A DNA stretch of 64,000 bases from contig OX597823.1 of assembly GCA_951406725.2 (NCBI GenBank), positions 31,062,001 to 31,126,000 of the forward strand. The letters run 5' to 3'. Each line of letters begins with the position of its first letter. Position 1 is the first letter of the stretch. A program made the translations under genes and the position numbers. Origin of the DNA: Octopus vulgaris. Taxonomy: Eukaryota. The notes under the pieces were generated by a model. It made no database searches. It had not been told where the DNA came from and worked only from the letters and a program-made list of their open reading frames with translations. Positions 30,761-45,066 of this stretch are shown here, piece by piece.

Positions 30761-32059
30761 GCGTGTGTGTGTTTGTGTGTCTGTGTTTGTCCCCCTAGCA
30801 TTGCTTGACAACCGATGCTGGTGTGTTTATGTCCCCGTTACTTAGCGGCAAAAGAGACCGATAGAATAAGTACTGGGCTTACAAAAGAATAAGTCCCGGG
30901 GTCGATTTGCTCGATTAAAGGCGGTGCTCCAGCATGGCCGCAGTCAGATGACTGAAACAAGTAAAAGAGTAAAGAGTATATTTTATATAATTTCATTAAT
31001 CTCTTATTGAGAGATTTAGAAGTAATAATATTTCCATCGTGTTTGGTTAACAAATACATTGTATATGGTTGCTGTAAATATAAATCACACATATCAAGGC
31101 TGCGCTGGAGGTTTTGTGATTCAATCTTGGCTTGTCAATCCCCCCACATTATGTAATTTTCTTTATACTAGTCCGAATGTTCACATTATACCTATCAGAA
31201 TATACATCCTTAGTAAGAGCAGGAAATATATTTTCTTAATAGAAGGTGAGGTCTAAAGAGATATGAAACTAGAAGAAAATCAAAACTCGTGTGATTTATT
31301 GATCATTAGTTCCTGTGGCTTATTCAAGGGATATATTTTCGCAGAAAGAATATATATTAGTTTATTAAATATACTGTACATCAGTCGTTCCAAATTTGGG
31401 AACCACTGATATACACTGGTGGTCCGCAAATGTTGTACTAGGAGTCTGAGAACTAAATTCAAAATTTCATATATTCTCCCGGATTTTAACAGCCAAGGGA
31501 AGTAACCATTTATTTTCCTAAATTATTTAGTATAAATCAAATTGAGTATTCTCATTTCTGAGTATTTGAACTATTAGATTATTTTCGCAATTTATCCAGT
31601 ACAACAATTAAACAAGTAAACAGTATTTTCCTAAACAATAGATACTCTTATTTGGGTTAATGACTTATTCACGAATATACCAGCACTAGCGCCCCTGGGG
31701 GTAATATTATCTGGGAACTCACAAAAGACCTTTTCAGAGCTATTTACTTTGAATTGGCTTGTTATTACGTAGCATGCTTTACGAATTTAGTATACATACA
31801 TTATTAGCATTTCCGCCAAAGTTCTATATACTCTGGGAACGCATTAAAGCCCTTTTCGGGACTACTTATTTGAATTCTTAATATCGAGTAACTAATTTTA
31901 TGTTATTATATGACCGACTTCACAATTTGGGTATTCATAACTTATTGGGAATTCCTTAAAACAAGGTCATGTGTAAGACAGTACGGTGTTCTCAATAAAT
32001 GCACAAAAAACGTTTTGAGGGCCACATACTTTGTATTGTTGTTATTGGATTAGCGAAAC

Positions 32060-32124
32060 AATTATGACAACGGAACCAAGGGATAAGCCCCGCTTTCCCA
32101 GGAATTACCAGGTACGTCAGCTAG
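32060..32124 (+). mobile_element. Possible Helitron 3' end
   Basis: GC-richer segment ending CAGCTAG|T; the 5' end was not located. Confidence 0.3.
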
Positions 32125-32128
32125 TATA

Positions 32129-32186
<58 letters not shown>

Positions 32187-32245
32187 TGCAAACAAACAAC
32201 TTGCACATGCAAGTGCTACCAGTTAAAAGCTCCGTATATCGGAAG

Positions 32246-32356
32246 CTAGCAAGTGTATGGGGTCATCAGGAGAGAATGCGCGCCGTTTCGGGGCCTACCT
32301 CTCGACGGCATCAATGCGCACCGGCCCCCTCACTGATATGAGGCCCCGCTTGCTAG
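32246..32356 (-). ncRNA. Non-circularly permuted hammerhead-like motif, family B (intact core)
   Basis: Minus strand: P0 CUAGCAAG-C-GGGG; hairpin CUCA..UGAG; II GGGGCC; III-distal GUGCGC; III GCCG; UC; I GAGAGG; UA; II' GGCCCC; GAAA; III' CGGC; III-distal' GCGCAU; I' UCUCUC; CUGAUGA; P0' CCCC..CUUGCUAG. The element (32184-32404) has (TA)n on both sides. Confidence 0.8.
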
Positions 32357-32403
32357 ATCAGCTGGTTATGATGAACTCAATATACTTCTAGCCATCGCTC
32401 ATC

Positions 32404-32521
<118 letters not shown>

Positions 32522-32539
32522 GTGTGTGTGTGTGTGTGT

Positions 32540-32832
32540 GGAGGCGCAATGGCCCAGTGGTTAGGGCAGCGGACTCGCAGTCGTGGGATCGCGGTTTCGA
32601 TTGCCAGACCGGGCGTTGTGTGTGTTTATTGAGCGAAAACACCTAAAAGCTCGACGAGGCTCCGGCAGTGAGTGGTGATCCTTGCTGTACTCTTTCCCTC
32701 TTTCTTCTGTTGGCCTGCTCGCTTAGCCAGCGGGGTGGCGTCGTTCGAAGGCTGAAACAATGCCAACGCATTGTGACCAGCGATGTGTACCAACATCTGA
32801 TGGTCTGGTCGGTCACGTGACGTTATCACGTG
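32540..32832 (+). mobile_element. tRNA-headed SINE (family 4)
   Basis: GGCGCAATGGCCCAGTGGTTAGGGCAGCGG..GTTTCGATT head; lies between microsatellites. Confidence 0.78.
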
Positions 32833-32889
<57 letters not shown>

Positions 32890-33057
32890 ATAGTGATACA
32901 ACAATGCAGCAAAACTCACTTAAATATAATAATTAGGAACCATTGTTGGAAACCGCTGTGCAAAGGTTGGGAACCACTGCTGAATATTATTGACTGTATA
33001 TATTCTTATTTATAACCACATTGTGTGTTGATACTTTTGTATGTGTGTATGTGTCTG

Positions 33058-33094
<37 letters not shown>

Positions 33095-34112
33095 CGGTCC
33101 TTTGGATATATATAACACATTGCTCAAATGCCAATCTTCAGAGGTTAGGCTTCTCAAAGCTAATTCGAAGCCTACAGATCCAATCCATCACTTGAACTGT
33201 AAAACTCTGTAAAATTTTCATGAGGTTTATCTTTTGAATATTTATGAGCATGTCTACATATGCAAATATATGCATGAGAAGGCATACATAAAATATATAA
33301 ATCTGCACATACATATATACATACATACATACATAATACATACATGCATACATACATACATGCATACAAACATACATACATACATACATACAACATACAT
33401 ACATACATACATACATACATACATACATACATACATACATACATACATACAAACATACAAACATACATACAAACATACAAACATACATACAAACATACAT
33501 ACATACATACATACAAACATACATACATACATACATACATACAAACATACATACATACATACAAACATACACACACACATACATACATACATACATACAT
33601 ACATACATACATACATACATACATACATACATACATGCGTACCCTGTTGTTGATGTCGAAATTCCAATGAAGGAGCCTTCCATCTAGGTTAGAAACCGGT
33701 TCTTTCTCTATTGGCAAGAAATCTTGAAATAAACTGAATAATGACATACACACATACATACATACATACATATGTGACTTTGTGTATGTGTGTGTGTGTG
33801 CGTGTGTGTGTGTGTGTATGCGTGTGTGTGCGTGTGTACAGTGATGGATTCAAGGGTTTCGTTTATTTACGAAATGATTTTTTAATTCCATCGTTTTAGG
33901 CTTCTAATCCTCTTTAAGTCAAACACTTACAAAGCTTAATTCAGTTCAATTAAAAAACATGAGTAAGCAACACATTATAAGCCACACTATGATTTGCGAA
34001 AAGATTTATCTATGCGCAGGGTATGCACCGCCCCCGCCGATGCCTTTCTTATTAATTTCAATTTTGTGTTTTGTAATCTTGTTGATTTTAGTGTTTATGT
34101 TATACTGGTGTA

Positions 34113-34214
<102 letters not shown>

Positions 34215-34959
34215 TACTTCTGTTGACAAGCTACTTGTGACTTCAGGTCATTGACCGAACAAACAAAAACACATGCCCCTCCTTTCTTTTAATTCCGTGA
34301 ACTGGCCGATGTATAAGTGCGTAAATCTGTGTGTGTATGTGTGTGTGAGAGAGAGAGCGAGAGAGAGAGAGAGAGAGCTAGAGACAAAGTGAGAGAGAGT
34401 GGCGGGGAGAGAGTGCTTCTTGTTTTTCCACACCAGGTTTTTATTAAAAAGAGTTTCGTCTATTATTTTATTACAGGGAACAAAGTCCTTCATAAATGAC
34501 CTCCACCCCACTTCACTTAGGTAGGAAATGCATTCTTTGAGCTGGACAATTGTTGATAAACCTCTCAATGTATAACAAGCCCAAGAACACGTGAAGTGGT
34601 TGGGATAGTTGTTTTATTGGAGTTTAGCAGTTTCAGCTGGTGTTTAGATGATGTTTAGCATGTGATCAACTGGTGTTTAGATGGTGTTTAGTGACGGTGT
34701 TTAGCTATACACAATAAAATTAACGGAGAACAAGAGTGCGTTGTTGTAGACTTTATTTTGTTACATTCGGTTTTATACAGTTAGGGGGAAAGCGATCGGC
34801 CAGCGCATACTTCGGAAAAGTCCCGCTTAACCGGAAGTTCCCTTCACTAAAGACCAGTTCACTAGTTAGCCCGTAGTGAAGTTCCTCTCTATAGTTCATC
34901 TGTGATAAGTCCTTGGGCAGTGCCCTACAACGGTTTATTATTATTTTGCTTTCCGAAAG

Positions 34960-35378
34960 GAGCTGCGAGCAGGCAGGCAGAAGCGTTAACACGCCGGGCG
35001 AAATGCATAGCCGGGGTCGACTTTGCCTTTCATCCTTTCGGGGTCGATAAATCAAGTATCAGTTGCGTAGTGGTGTCGATCTAATCGACTGGCCCCCACC
35101 CCCAAAATTTCAGGCCTTTTGCCTCGAGTAGAAAAGATTTCTATTTTGTTTTCCGATAAAAGGTGGCGAGCTGGCAGAATTGTTAGCACCTCGGGCGAAA
35201 TGCTTAGCGGCATTTCGTCTGTCTTTACGTTCTGAGTTCAAATTTCGCCGTGGTTGACTTTGTCTTTCATTCTTTCAGGGTCGATAAATCAAGTACCAGT
35301 TGTGTACAGGGGGTCGATTTAATCGGCTGACCACCTCCCATCAATTTTCGGGCTTTGTGCCTAGAGTAGAAAAGATTT
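34960..35378 (+). mobile_element. Two tandem SINE family 2 copies
   Basis: Two GGCGAGCTGGCAGAA...GTAGAAAAGA-type units separated by a repeated TTTCTATTTTGTTTTCCGA segment. Confidence 0.88.
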
Positions 35379-35529
35379 CTATTTTGTTTTCCGAATGCAG
35401 CCACGGCAATTCTATCAAATTGTTGTTCGTTGAGAAGATTACTAAAAAAAATTTCAAATTTTTGCACAAGGCCGGCAATTTTAGGGACGTGGATAAGTCG
35501 ATGACATCGAAGGACACTCAAAAACTGCG

Positions 35530-35752
35530 TTTCTTTTATTCTTTTGCTTGTTTCAGTCATTTGACTGCGGCCATGCACGACACCGCCTTTAGTCGAACAA
35601 ATCGATCCCACGACATGTTCTTCGTAAGCTTAGTACTTATTCTATTGGTCTGTTTTACCGAACCGCTAAGTTACGGGGACGTAAACACACCAGCATCGGT
35701 TGTCAAGCGATGATGGGGGACACACACAATGACACATACACAAATACACACA

Positions 35753-35830
<78 letters not shown>

Positions 35831-36430
35831 CTCTTTACTCTTTTACTTATTTCAGTCATTTGACTGCGGCCATGCTGGAGCACCACCTTTAGTCGAGCAT
35901 ATCGACCCCGGGACTTATTCTTCGTAAGCCTAGTACTTAGTCTATCGGTCTCTTTTGCCGAACCGCTAAGTTACAGGGACATTAACACACCAGCATCGGT
36001 TGTTAAGCAATGCTAGGAGGACAAACATACACACACTTATATATACATATATACGACGGGCTTCTTCAGTTTCCGTCTACCAAATCCACTCGGCTCGAGT
36101 AGAAAACACTTGCCCAAGGTGCCACGCAATGGGACCGAACCCGGAGCCATGTGGTTGGGAAGCAAGCATTCACTTTTCATCTCTTCCTTGATTTTTCGAG
36201 GGGACGATCTGATGAAAATTGCTTAATTTCGATCCTTTAATTCGAGATTACTGTCTGTTGTTTTACATGCTTCAGTTATTGGACTGCGGCCACGCGAGAG
36301 CACAGTCTTCATGTGTTGTAGCCGAATGCATCGACACCAGTCCTTGTTATTAAATTGGTCCCTTTTGCCGAACTGTTAAGTTACAAGGACGTAAACAATC
36401 TAACACCTGTTGGTGTGAGGAATAAACACA
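35530..36430 (-). mobile_element. Cluster of SINE family 1 copies
   Basis: Three tail segments and one head segment. Confidence 0.85.
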
Positions 36431-36568
36431 AACACAAACATATATGTGTGTGTGCATGAGTATATATATATATATGCAAACATAAAAACATACAAATACA
36501 CACACAAACACACATACATATATACATTTGTGTAACTTTGTCCGTTTTTTCGTCTTTGTTTTTGTATA

Positions 36569-36704
36569 CATTCGTTGCTTTCTTCCAAGAAATCTAAAGC
36601 TTAGTTTTTCCTTGGGGCTACCCAAATTCAAGCAATCTCAAGAATAATCAGCCGAAATTGCGAGGATAATTTGGTGCTTGACTGAGGATAGAGGGCTTCG
36701 AATG
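36569..36704 (+). ncRNA. Non-circularly permuted hammerhead-like motif, family A copy 2 (intact core)
   Basis: II GGCU 36616-19; III-distal CCAAAUU; GCAA 36632-35; UC 36636-37; I UCAAG 36638-42; II' AGCC; GAAA 36654-57; UUGC; AAUUUGG; I' CUUGA 36677-81; CUGAGGA 36682-88. P0 is CAUUCG../..CGAAUG. Host element is about 36515-36810. Confidence 0.78.
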
Positions 36705-36803
36705 ACCCGTCCTTGTTTTCTTTGTATCGTCTATCTGGATGTTTTGTTGTCTCTTTTTTTATCACCTAGCTGTCCGGATGTTTTGCGTTCTTGTCCCATT
36801 TTG

Positions 36804-36844
<41 letters not shown>

Positions 36845-37136
36845 TAGATATAGATATAGATATATATACATATACACATACATACGTATACACACTGAAG
36901 ACGGACCTCCTTCAGCTTCCGTCCTCCAAATTCCCCCACACGTATGCAATGCTCGCGCGCGTATGTGTATATATTCATGTATATATGTATGTATATGTGT
37001 GTGTAATTTTGTGTTTGTGTTCGCATTCATCATGCCACTTTATAACCAGCAGTTGTCTATTTACGTCCTCGTAACTTAGCGGTTCGGCAACAACTGATCG
37101 ATAGAATAAGAGCCAGAGTTTAAAACTAAGTAAGAA

Positions 37137-37975
37137 GAGGGTCAGTCGATTATATCAACCCCAGTACGCAACTGGTACTTAATTTATTGACCCCGAAAGG
37201 ATGAAAAGCAAAGTTGACCTCGGCGGAATTTGAACTCAGAACGTAGAGATAGACGAAATACCGCTAAATATTTCGTCCGGCGCGCTAACGATTCCGCCAG
37301 CTCACCGCCTTTGTTGCTAAATTAATAATCTTTTCTACTCTAGGCACAAGGCCGAAATTCTGGGGGAGGGGGCCAGTCGATTAGATCGACCTCAGTACGC
37401 AACTGGTACTGAATTTATCGACCCCGAAAGTATGAAAGGCAAAGTCGACCTTGGCAGAATTTGAACTCAGAACGTATCGGCTGACGAAATACCGCTAAGC
37501 ATTTCACGCCTTTGTTTCTAAATTAATAATGATGAAGAATGTGTCACAAAAACACACGCATACACACAAGCATTCACATTCCTCCTTTTTACGCGCACAC
37601 ACATATACTCACACAAAGTTGAAGCGCTGTTTTTATTTTTGTTTCACCGTTGACTTTTTACCCTCCCACTTCCATCGGTGGATCACCCCGTCCTTTCTCA
37701 TTCATATGTTGTGACGGAGAAATATACAAAATTATAGATTATAAGGCGGCGAGCTGGCAGAAACGTTAGCACGTCAGGCGAAATGCTTAGTGGTAATTCG
37801 TCTGCCGTTAAATTCTGAGTTCAAATTTCGCCGATGTCGACTTTGCTTTTCATCCTTTCAGGGTAAATTAAATAAGTACCAGTTACGCATTGGGGTCGAT
37901 TTAATCGAATTAATCCCTTTGTCTGTTCTTGTTTGTCCCGTCTATGTTTAGCCCCCGTTGGGCAATAAAGAAATA
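37137..37975. mobile_element. SINE family 2 cluster (two minus copies, one plus copy)
   Basis: 37137-37310 (-), 37328-37506 (-), 37743-37975 (+). Other copies lie at about 1728-1940, 7522-7650, 11855-12058, 18318-18470, 26195-26408 and 44743-44933. Confidence 0.88.
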
Positions 37976-38528
37976 ATTATACTAGATTATTATAGTAGAA
38001 GCTACACGACGCTCTCTTTTCTACTTCCTCTCTCTCGTTCCTGTTACTATCACTCCCTCACAGTCATGGCTATTACTCTCACTACTTCTCCTTCACTGAA
38101 TTATTATTTTCTCTCCTCTTCCTTCACCATTCACTCCTACTGCGTGATTTTATATATATATATATATATGTACACAATTATATAAAAATACTACGCTCAT
38201 TATTATATTAGGATGTATATATATATATATATCTGTGTGTGTGTGTGTAATTAATTGAATGTTTGTCCCCGTCACACCGCTTAGTGTTTCGGCAAAGGAC
38301 CATAATAAATTAAGAGTTAAAAATTGCTGGGTTCGATCTGTCCAACTAAAACACTTCAAAGCGGTGCCCCAGCATGGCCGCAGCCACACGACAGAAGCAA
38401 GTAAAAGATGAAAGATGAAAGTATCCCATGGGATTGTCTGAACAGGCATGCCTTTCTCCCTATAATAATCCTGGACGGACTATTTTCCTAAATCAGAAAC
38501 CATTGGACTGAGTTGGGACTTCGGAGTT

Positions 38529-38581
<53 letters not shown>

Positions 38582-38857
38582 TGTGTGTGTGCGTGTGTGG
38601 AAAGTGAAATATATTAGGCGAGGTGCAGAGAGATGGCATGGCAAATTCAAGTGGAGAGCGGCTGTTCCATTCTACGTATTTAACGAGCAATGATTACAGC
38701 TATAACTACTATAATAACCAGGTCGTTCGACCTCCTGCTCGAAATAACAGCCAAATCTCTCTCAGCTCGAATCCTGCCGCCTTGAATAATGAAAGAATAT
38801 GTCCCGGCTGGAAGGCTTTCGATTATAGATTTCCTCTACGAGGAAAAAGGGAAGGGA

Positions 38858-38908
<51 letters not shown>

Positions 38909-38948
38909 TGAGAGGAAGATAGACAGAGATAGATAGATACATATATAC

Positions 38949-39031
<83 letters not shown>

Positions 39032-39126
39032 TACAGGGGAAGTGGAGTGAGAAGAGAGGGGAAAGAAATAGGAAAAAGAGAGAGGAAGAGGAAAGAGAGA
39101 CAGAGAGAGAGAGGGAGAGAGAAAGG

Positions 39127-39162
<36 letters not shown>

Positions 39163-39187
39163 CAGACAGATAGATAGATAGATAGAT

Positions 39188-39607
39188 ATGTTTCTTTATT
39201 AGCCACACAGGGCTGCACACAGACAGGACAAATTACAAGGTAGAGCTTTTCTTTTGGGGGTAAAAAAAGGGGGTTTGGTTTTCGATCAAAAGGGATCGTA
39301 AAGGGAAAGAAAGAGGACAAAAAAGGGGGGGGGGGGAATAAAATTTAAAAAAAAAAGTGGGGGCGAAGGGAAAGGACAAAAAATTTATCAATAGGGATCG
39401 TTATCACAGAAATGTCATTATGAAGTGTAAAGGGGAGGACAGGTGAGGTTTACCCGTGGAAAGAAAAGCCTACGGAAAAGACCACGGTAACCTCGGTCAA
39501 TGAAGTCACATGTTATATTTCTTTTTCTTTTTTTTTTTTTGCAAATAAGCAACTCTGTATTAATTTTTACGGTTCATAGAATCATAGTCAAGGTGGCTTC
39601 GTCATTC

Positions 39608-39608
<1 letters not shown>
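39188..39608 (-). mobile_element. Probable LINE 3' UTR (AATAAA-ended) inserted in (GATA)n
   Basis: The minus strand ends ...GGCTAATAAAGAAAC; both flanks are (GATA)n. Family assignment is uncertain. Confidence 0.4.
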
Positions 39609-39693
<85 letters not shown>

Positions 39694-39702
39694 GGATAGA
39701 TG

Positions 39703-39751
<49 letters not shown>

Positions 39752-40666
39752 AGATAGATAGACAGAGAGATAGATAGAGAGGGAGCGAAAGAGTGGGGAA
39801 GTGGGAGGGATGGGGAGGGATGTCAATTGAACGGCGTTGTTGTTGAGATGGTTGTAAAAGGTATGAGAACAGTGTGCAGGGATTCGAAACCGGACCTGTA
39901 AAATCACGAAGCAGCAACATTTATAAAGTGAGGTTGCGGGGTGAGTAGAGGTGATAGTGGTGGTGGGGAACAACTTGGTAGTGGGGTGATGGAGGTGGGG
40001 AAGATGGTAATGGTAAGGAGGATGGTGTAAGGGGAGTGGAGTGATGGTGGTGGTGGTCGCGATGGTGGGGATGGCGGTGATGATATTATTAGTGATTGTC
40101 GCGTTGATGGTGGCAGGAAAGATGGTTGTGGTGACGGTGGCTGTGTTATTGTTGTTGTTGTGGTGGTAGTTGTGGTGGTGGTGGTGGTGGTGATGGCGTC
40201 AGTAGTGACAAAAGTGATGGTTGATACGATGATGATTATGGCGGTATGGCGACGGTAATGGTGGTGAGACGGGTGGGATGACAATATTTGATTTTTCGAT
40301 GGAGGTGGTAGTGATGATGATGATGATGATGATGATGGTAGTAGCTGTGGAGGTGATGATGCTAAAAAGCAATAAATGAATTAAAAAACACTAGGTGTGT
40401 ATGAATGTATGTTTTAGTGTGTCTGTATAAATATATATGTATATATACATACATATATACATACATGCATACATACACACACACACACACATATATATAT
40501 ATATGTATACACTTGCATTCGTACATGTGCGTGTATCACTGTGTGTGTGTGTGTGCGCGCGTGCAAGTCAGTGTATCTGCGTGTGTGCATGATTATGTAT
40601 ATACACACGTGTGTATATATATATATATATATGTATGTATGTCTGTGTATATATATGTATATATAC

Positions 40667-40725
<59 letters not shown>

Positions 40726-40745
40726 CATGTGTGTTTGTGCATGAT

Positions 40746-40849
<104 letters not shown>

Positions 40850-41739
40850 GGTGGTGTATAAGTGAATATGTGTATACGTGTGAGTGTTTGTGGGTCGAGT
40901 GACTTGCCGAAGCTGTTAGTTCTCATTAAGAAGAGACACACCAAGCCAACAGCAATCATACCAATGAGATTTTGATTTCGACTAAGCGGTGCTAATAAGT
41001 ACGCATGTTTGGATTAGTAGCTGGGTCACGTGGGCTGGGTGTGGCTAATGGACGTGTGTTTGTGGTGGTAGTGGTGGTGGTGGGCCGGGGAGGAGCGGCG
41101 ATTGAATTAGTTTTATCTCGGAGGGGATGAAAATTGAAGGAAGACAATCACGGCGAAGTCAGTAATTAACTTCCAACAACACTAGCAACGTTATTACTAC
41201 AACAGCAACAGCAACAACAACAGCAACAACAACAACGAATACGAAAGAAACGAAATTAACAGCAATAACAGAGATATATACCAGCAATAACAATTACACG
41301 AACAACATCAACGTTTTCATTGCCATTATCATTATTGATGTCGTCGTCGTCGCCTTCTTCTTCCTCCTCCTTCTCTTCCTCTTCCTCTTCCTCTTCCCCT
41401 TTTCCTTCTTTCTCCTTTTCTTTCCCCTCTTCTTCAATCCACCCCTTCTCCATTTCCTCCCCGTCTCCACCCTCCTCTTTTGCATCCTCCTCCCTTTTCC
41501 TCCTCCTCCTTTAATCCTTCCTCCCCCTCCTTTCTCCTCCCCTTCTTCTGCCTTTTATTCTTCCTTCTTCTTCTTCTTCTTCTTCTTCTTCTTCTTCTTC
41601 TTCTTCTTCTTTCTCCTCATCATCATCGTCATCATTATCATCATCATCTTCATCATCATCATCATCATCATTATCCTCCTCCTCCTCCTCCTCCTCATCA
41701 TCATCATCATCGTCATCATCATCAGTCATCACAGCTAAT

Positions 41740-42010
41740 ACTGTCCATGGCTTTGGCATCACTTGATGAGCTTTCTCCATACTGGCCGGCATCTTCGCCT
41801 TGTGGTTCCCATTTATTATGGATCAATTCCTTTCCACTTCATCCTCTTTTTTGCAGCATCTTTGAATATCAGTCTACATCTTCCATGGTTTCTTTTACTC
41901 TTTACATAGTTGGGAGTAAAGGAGTTGTGTGGTCAGTTTGCTGTTGTCCATCCTCTGGACGTGGCCCATCCAACGTAAGTTTCTATCAGAAAAGAAAATT
42001 TCCATCGTAA
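41740..42010 (-). mobile_element. RTE-like LINE ORF2 C-terminal relic
   Basis: Decayed RNHGRCRLIFKD..GID..RPVWRKLI motif followed by a (TGA)n tail. Confidence 0.4.
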
Positions 42011-42529
42011 GCGGCAGACCAGCACGACAACAGACATAACGTCAACAAGCACATAAACGCCACTACCACAACCACAACTACCACCACTACCATCACCACA
42101 ACCCACCACTGCCACCACCACCACTATCACTGCAACCTCCACAATGCCACCACCACCACCACCGCCGCTACCACCACCACCATCATCACCACTACCATTA
42201 CAACCACCACCAACACACCACCAGCACCGCCACCGCCGCCGCCACTACCACCATCACCACTACTACCACCACCACCGCCGCCACTGCCATCACAACCACC
42301 ACCATCATCATTAACAATTAACAGCGAATATCCTGACAGAACAACCACAATAAGTTAAACAACTACAACAACAACAACAACAACAACAACGAAACCACAT
42401 CAGCAGCAACAATCAACTACTACTACTACTACAATAAAAAGAACGATAACAACAATATTGATGTAAAAACGATTAACGCATGAGATATATAATAAAAACA
42501 ACAAAATGTTAGAATAATGAAGGAAATTG

Positions 42530-43440
42530 TTGTACACAGTGCTCAGGTGCACTACAAAAAAACCAAAAATAAAAAAACAAAAAACAAAGAAATAAAAAGA
42601 CCATCAGGTGTACTGTTGGCAGATTTCAGGAAGCATGGAAGTTTTGAAGGACGTAGTGTCTTGACAGCTAATGACTAATGCAGGTAGTTTATTCCATGCT
42701 TCAGCAATTCTGAGAGTGAAAAAAATGTTTCCGAAAGACATGGGTGCTGTGTTGTTGTTTTGATTTTATAAGCATGTCTGCGAGTGTTTGTCATATGGAA
42801 TTCAAAAAGGTTCCCAAGGTTGTTGTTGGAAAGATGGTGGATAATCTTATGGGCGTCAACCTAAGTCAGTTGCCAGACATCTGAGCTTCAATGTATCCAT
42901 GCCCAGGGAAACAACACATTCAGAGTATGGTAAGATGTCTGACGGTGGGTATTCCTTTTGCTGCACGTTTCTGAACAGTTTCCTGGAGAGTTATATACTG
43001 AGCAAGATTGGGGTTCCAGACTGGCGATGCAAATTCCAAGTGTGGATGGACCATTGTCGTATACAATTTTAAATAGGTAGCTGGAGAGCGGCTGATAAAG
43101 GTCTTACTGAGTGATGCTTGCACCCCCTCAGCCTTCTTTACAGTCTTAGAGATGTGGTTTGTCCAACGCAGATCGTTGTTTACAATAATGCCCAGATCAG
43201 GTCCGTTGGAAGACTTCTTGAGATTGGTGTTGCTGAGGGAGTATGTAAAGGCTAGATTTTCCATCATAAAATGCATGGTGATGCACTTGTCCACAGCTAG
43301 CTTGAGTTGCCAGTCAGAGATCCATGCAATGCTGCATTGTATCCAGGACTGATTGCAGGAAAGATCTATAGCGCATAGGATCTGTTCTTTTTATTTCGAG
43401 GTACAGCTTGACGTCATCTGCATATTTCAGCACTGTTAAG
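42530..43440 (-). mobile_element. Second, more diverged CR1/L2-group LINE fragment of the same family
   Basis: ORF 42920-43294 (DLGIIV..HLEFASPVWNP), with KYADDVKL at about 43405-43430; alignable with 20600-21430. Confidence 0.9.
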
Positions 43441-44116
43441 ATTGGCACAAAATATTCATTTTTCTTTTCCTATTTTCGACTTCCAAATTCGGGTTGGCCA
43501 CATCGTTAACACATCAGATAACATGCTTTGCGATATTCCTTTCGGTTCAAATCGCACTGAAGTCAACTTTGCATTCCCTTCCTTCAGGATGGTGAAATTA
43601 AAATACCAGATGTGTATTGAGCTCCTTAATATCGACCTCTCTTCCTCTCATAATTGCTGGCCTGGTGCAAAATTTTGAATTCAGAAATGGAACCACCTGG
43701 TTGTAAAACGAACTTCTTACATATTTGGACATTCAACCATGCTGCACTTTCAATAAATACGTTCACTCGTTTGTGGTATACATGCAAATAGAATAGAGAG
43801 TATTTGCTGATGTGCAACAACGTTGGGAAAAGAAAATTGTAAATTTTAAGTTGCTGTAATAACGCAAAGATTATCCAGGGTCACTCGAGTACACGGTGCT
43901 GAGGAACTGCAAAATGCATCGAAATATCGACATCCACCGTTCTCTACGGATCGAGTTGTCTCGCCTGGTTTGAGCTTGACGTCTTCAAGGTATATTTCCT
44001 CTGGTGCTATCCTGCAGTTAGTGTTTGAATAATTGGAGCTGCTAACAATTCATTACACACATACACACACATGCGCATATACATACATACATACATACAT
44101 ACATACATACATACAT

Positions 44117-44152
<36 letters not shown>

Positions 44153-44255
44153 GTGTGTGTGTAGAATGGATTAGGTGGCATTACATTTATTGCATGGTTT
44201 ACAATCGTTTCATCAACGTGTGGGTGACAAATCAAACATCATGTCCATTACATAC

Positions 44256-44380
44256 CGACGTACGCACAGATATATTCCCTGTTCCTAGGAAACGGGCAGG
44301 AGGAATTGTTTTTGTCCTGATCACATAGGATATCTTTGATGTCAGTCTCTAGCCCCATTATCCTATTTCGTAGTTTCTCT
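44256..44380 (-). CDS. Candidate host exon, unknown product
   Basis: Acceptor TTTGTCAG; the single open frame reads EKLRNRIMGLETDIKDILCDQDKNNSSCPFPRNREYICA(YV). Donors are GTACGT (after 44264) or GTATGT (after 44256). No recognised homology. Confidence 0.3.
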
Positions 44381-45066
44381 CTGACAAAGCATTATTCCTA
44401 TACAACTAAAATTTGAGCGGGTTTTTTCTTAGGTCCAGAGTTTTTCTTTCATTTTAGTATTTCTTGTTGACGGATTTGCTTCACTCAATATGTCTTAAGT
44501 AATGAAGGATACTGGTCGTGAAATGAAGTTCCGATTCAGTTTTTATTTAAAATTTTATTTGATTTTAACGTATTTTATTTCTATTTTTTTTCAATTATTT
44601 TTTAATCTGCAAATATTTCCTTTATCTTTTATCTAATTTACTTTGTTTTTCAGTACAAAAAACTTCAAGCTTGTACTTTAATATTTTCCTTATCTACTGA
44701 GAGACATTTTGACGCCCATATTCCATTATTATATTTATTTGCAAGGCGGCGAGCTGCCAGAAACGTTAGCACACCGGGCAAAATGCTTAGCAGTATTTCG
44801 TTCAAATTCCGCCGAGGTCGACTTTGCCTGTCATCCCTTCGAGGTCGATAAATTAAGTACCAGTTGCATACTGGGGATCGATCTAATCGACTTACCCATC
44901 CCAAAATTTCAGGCCTTGTGCCTACAGTAGAAAATTTTATATTTATTTGCCTATATTTGATTGGTTATGAGTATTTTCGTAGTAAACTGGATTACCTTTA
45001 TCTGTATACATTATTTACATTATTTACATTATGTACATTAGATTTATCCTCATCTTGCTTGTTTTT

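Noticed and set aside
33655-33710. Hammerhead-like AGCCU..AGGUU-a-GAAA-CCGG-UU
   Set aside because: The palindromic stem III is suggestive, but the CUGANGA strand reads CCAAUGA and stem I is unconvincing.
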